Positions 34,870-37,943 of a stretch of 37,943 nucleotides of DNA are shown here, in pieces (positions within the stretch are counted from its first letter, which is position 1; every line of letters starts with the position of its first letter). This DNA comes from Octopus bimaculoides (Eukaryota). Both the position numbers and the translations under genes were made by a program. The notes under the pieces are model-generated. The model was not told the origin of the DNA and did not search any database. It saw nothing but the letters and a program-made list of their open reading frames with translations. The DNA lies in assembly GCF_001194135.2 (NCBI RefSeq), contig NC_068997.1, forward strand, positions 13,357,304-13,395,246, given 5' to 3'.

Positions 34870-35290
34870 GAACAACGTGCTAGAAATAGCAGCCCAATAT
34901 ATAATATATAACATTACTCGTCCAAGTGGCATCGTATTGCTTAAAAAAATGGAGCAACGCGTAGTACAGTCCTACATATATTGTATGCGAATTAAAGACA
35001 GGACTGTTTTCATCGTGCTATTGTCTGCTCTATCGAAAAAGATTTAGCACTTTGCAAAAAACAATAACAGTATTACTCAAACGTCAATGTCAGACACCCT
35101 GTGAAGTCGTAACACTTCATTGAAATAATAACCATATCGCTCTCAAATTAAACGCTGCAGTTTTAAAAATAGAAGGACACGTTGGAAAATGAAGCAAACC
35201 GACATAGAAAGAAACAGGCTGGTCATGCACAGATTACCTTTTATTACAGATTTCCTCAGCCAAGACTGACGCGAGGCTAATTAACACCTA
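34870..35290 (+). repeat. Dispersed repeat E, two decayed copies
   Basis: gctagaaatagcagccc...taaaaaaa...agtccta...gacagga and ctctcaaattaaacgct...aaggacacgttggaaaatg...ggctggtca...gactgacgcgaggctaa resemble 36105-36290. Confidence 0.4.
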
Positions 35291-35750
35291 AATGGCATCA
35301 GAAACGATTAGAGAATGCGAGATGCATGGTAATATTTAATGCCATTCCTAACAGAGAATAGCGGCCCAGTTGTTGCGGTTTCTCAGCTAAATATGTCTGC
35401 AAACCCCTTAAGAGTTTATGCGCTTCTTATTTAATTTCATATCAGCCATGATCGAACATATTTATTTTCAAGTACACATTTCAACTATAATACACCTGAT
35501 TTTAATTTCTAGTTCCCAGAATTACATGGTGCAACATGTCAGTCTTCCATTGTAAATATGGATTGGTTTCGTTTGAGGGCGACTGGGCTAATATTTCTTG
35601 CAAGTTAGGAAACCAATTAGATGCTCTCTCATTGGCTTATCTTGGATGAGTGAATTGAAGAGGTCATATCATTTCAATGCAGTCATTCAGACATTTACTT
35701 GCACATATACCTGTCTTGCATACACACATACATAGTCACACAGATGTAAA

Positions 35751-35910
35751 GACGCATGGCTCAGTGGTTAGAGCGTAAGGATCACACTCACGCGGTAGTG
35801 AGTTCGATTCTAGACCGGGCTGTGTGTTGTGTTCTTGAGTGCCTCGTAGTGGAACTCTCTACTTGCAACCCCATCATCATTCATGGCCGAAGGGAGTCTT
35901 TACCCTTCTT
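35751..35910 (+). mobile_element. tRNA-derived SINE family D, head joined to a probable 3' end
   Basis: A box TGGCTCAGTGG, B box GTTCGATTC, then gtgttgtgttcttgag as in 25510-25648. Confidence 0.75.
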
Positions 35911-35941
35911 TTAGTCACTCAGATACGTACACACACGCACG

Positions 35942-35972
<31 letters not shown>

Positions 35973-36104
35973 ACACACACTAACAGACACTCATGTACAC
36001 ACATTCACACCAAAATATAGTCACTGGATTCTGGCATCAATGCATCAGTAATCACTATCTTACACAGATTCCTTTCAGTTAACTAGGTAACCCATAACTG
36101 TTTA

Positions 36105-36290
36105 CTCGAATTGCAAGAAATGGCAGTCAAATACCCTTCAAAATCACACGTTATAGTTTTAAATCTGTAAATGACACATAGGATAATGCAATCCTATATA
36201 ATTTTAAAACGATGAGATGGTCAGAGCTGAAATTTATTTAATTACACGTCAGCTCCATCAAGACCGTTCTGCTGCTAATCTACAACAACT
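36105..36290 (+). repeat. Dispersed repeat E, decayed copy
   Basis: gcaagaaatggcagtcaaatacccttcaaaatcacac...gacacataggataatgcaatcct...gatggtca parallels 34870-35290. Confidence 0.4.
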
Positions 36291-37244
36291 TCTGATCTCT
36301 AGATTTATTTGTGTTATAATCATAGCTATAACATGTCTTAACTACACATAGGCATTATATCAAACAATAGTTTGAGCCAATGAAGGAAGACACAGTAATG
36401 AAAGTGACGCATTCAATTGATATCAATTAAAATGATAGTAATTAACCGATGATATAGTCGAAATGTAGAAACCAGTAAAAGAGTAAACTGCTAAATTATT
36501 GCGAGTGACAAACAGACAATGAGTTGTACTCAAAACGTTGAGACAGACTATTCTGACCCCATGGCATCCAGACATTTCTAAACAACGATTACTACGGATG
36601 TAAGAGTCTAACCAATATATATTTCTTACGGTACCAATGTATAGTGTCTTCGAATTTTTATTCTTATGTGGTTTCTTTTCTATTCTTTTATGTGTATCTG
36701 GTAAATAGTATTAACTTCGTTCTATATAAGGACGAAGTTGGATGATAATGGTAATGAGAAGAAAGCAATGATAATGGAAACATACGTATAGAAAGTCGAA
36801 GAGAACGATAACAATGAAATTGCAATCCTTTCTTAAAATAATTTTTCAACAATAGCCAAACAAACGTTTCAATGATACGGTGAATAATGACACTGCTCTA
36901 ACAAGGACACTTGTAATGTTAGAATTAAAGTTAAATCTCTGCCATGCTTTCTATTAAAACTCACACACACACATTTCATTACAAAATTGATAAAATCTTC
37001 AGGTCATATTAGAAATGCTTTCATCAAAGGTATGCTCATCTGGAGATAACATGATATGAAACTGTTAGAAAAATCCATCGACATCAGAAAGAAAGCATAA
37101 AACACAATTATTAAAACTGAAACTATGAATGTCCTCCATATTCGCAGCTGAAACACCATGAACATTGCTATAGATTTGCTCAACAAGGTCCGACCTAGGG
37201 CTAAACAGCAAAATCAACAGAAACATCAGCTAATACAACACCAA

Positions 37245-37400
37245 AAAAATCATCATCAACAACAACAACAACAACAACAACCAACAAGTATTACAAGTGC
37301 TGCAGGGGCAGCAGTAGAAGCAGCCTTAGCCACAGCAGCAGCTGCAGCAATGACAACAACAACACCAACAACAACAGCAACAACAACAACAACAACTGCA
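37245..37400. repeat. Decayed (CAA)/(CAG) microsatellite
   Basis: Directly visible; it follows a gacctagggctaaaca motif like the repeat-E 3' end. Confidence 0.85.
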
Positions 37401-37943
37401 ATATCACCAATGAATTATATACAATCTCCAAAGGCAGCCGAAACGGCAACACAAGTATAATAGAATAAAATAAAATAAAAAATTCATTTGTGGACTGGAC
37501 TAGTTGTGATTTTCTCATCTCTTCCCTAAACAAGAGATACATTGTCTGCATACTGATGTAGTAGAAAGAAAGGCCCCACAGTTAATATTTACCATTAGCT
37601 TCAGGCTTTGCAGTGATGAGGATTAATTTATTGTCTCCAGAGAAGAACCTCTGCGAGTTTGAATGTTTTATTGGCTGTGCTTCAGCGAGCTTTTGTTGTT
37701 TTTATACACCCTATTCTTCTGGTAGTTTTGTCCTATATATATATATATATAAATACATATATACTACATAAATGCATACATACACACACACACACATATG
37801 TATATGTATATATAAATATATATATACACGCGCACACTATACAACACAGTTTAGCCAATGGTGCGTTGCACGTGTAAGATTGGTCACGATAAAAAAATAA
37901 TCAATCTACATTCATTTAGTAGATATATATATATATATATATA

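Noticed and set aside
37158-37460. Poly-Q/A/T ORF resembling a transcription-factor low-complexity region
   Set aside because: It is a CAA/CAG microsatellite tail following a repeat-E-like 3' motif.
37590-37650. Minus-strand RFFSGDNKLILITAKPEANG resembling an Ig-domain strand
   Set aside because: The acceptor is weak, it lacks the DxGxYxC motif, and no partner exon was found.
422-37877. Most ORFs in the six-frame track (YIYI, HTHT, CVCV, ERER, poly-S/N/D/Q/L, and those containing X)
   Set aside because: They are translations of di- and trinucleotide microsatellites or they span N-gaps, with no domain content.

Overview
AT-rich eukaryotic non-coding DNA from a gapped short-read draft assembly (12 N-runs, nearly all abutting microsatellites). 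The SINE families and microsatellite load most resemble Octopus (recognised from memory, not from a database search). No complete protein-coding gene, rRNA, true tRNA or CRISPR array is supported, and most supplied ORFs are microsatellite or N-gap translations. Supported content: about 20 copies or fragments of at least four tRNA-derived SINE families (labelled A-D here), a dispersed repeat E, a decayed RTE LINE 3' end, a decayed R4/Dong-type restriction-like-endonuclease LINE abutting (ATT)22, and an ~83-nt degenerate tandem array ending in an inverted unit. A few short splice-signal-bounded segments could be exons of an unidentified host gene. The most interesting signal is a tRNA-headed (Pol III A/B box) element at 19585-19853 carrying a minimal type-I hammerhead ribozyme of the Penelope/retrozyme kind. 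Also notable are a nested SINE trimer, 3'-tail swapping within family C, and a GTCGA-N5-TCGAC hairpin shared by two SINE families.
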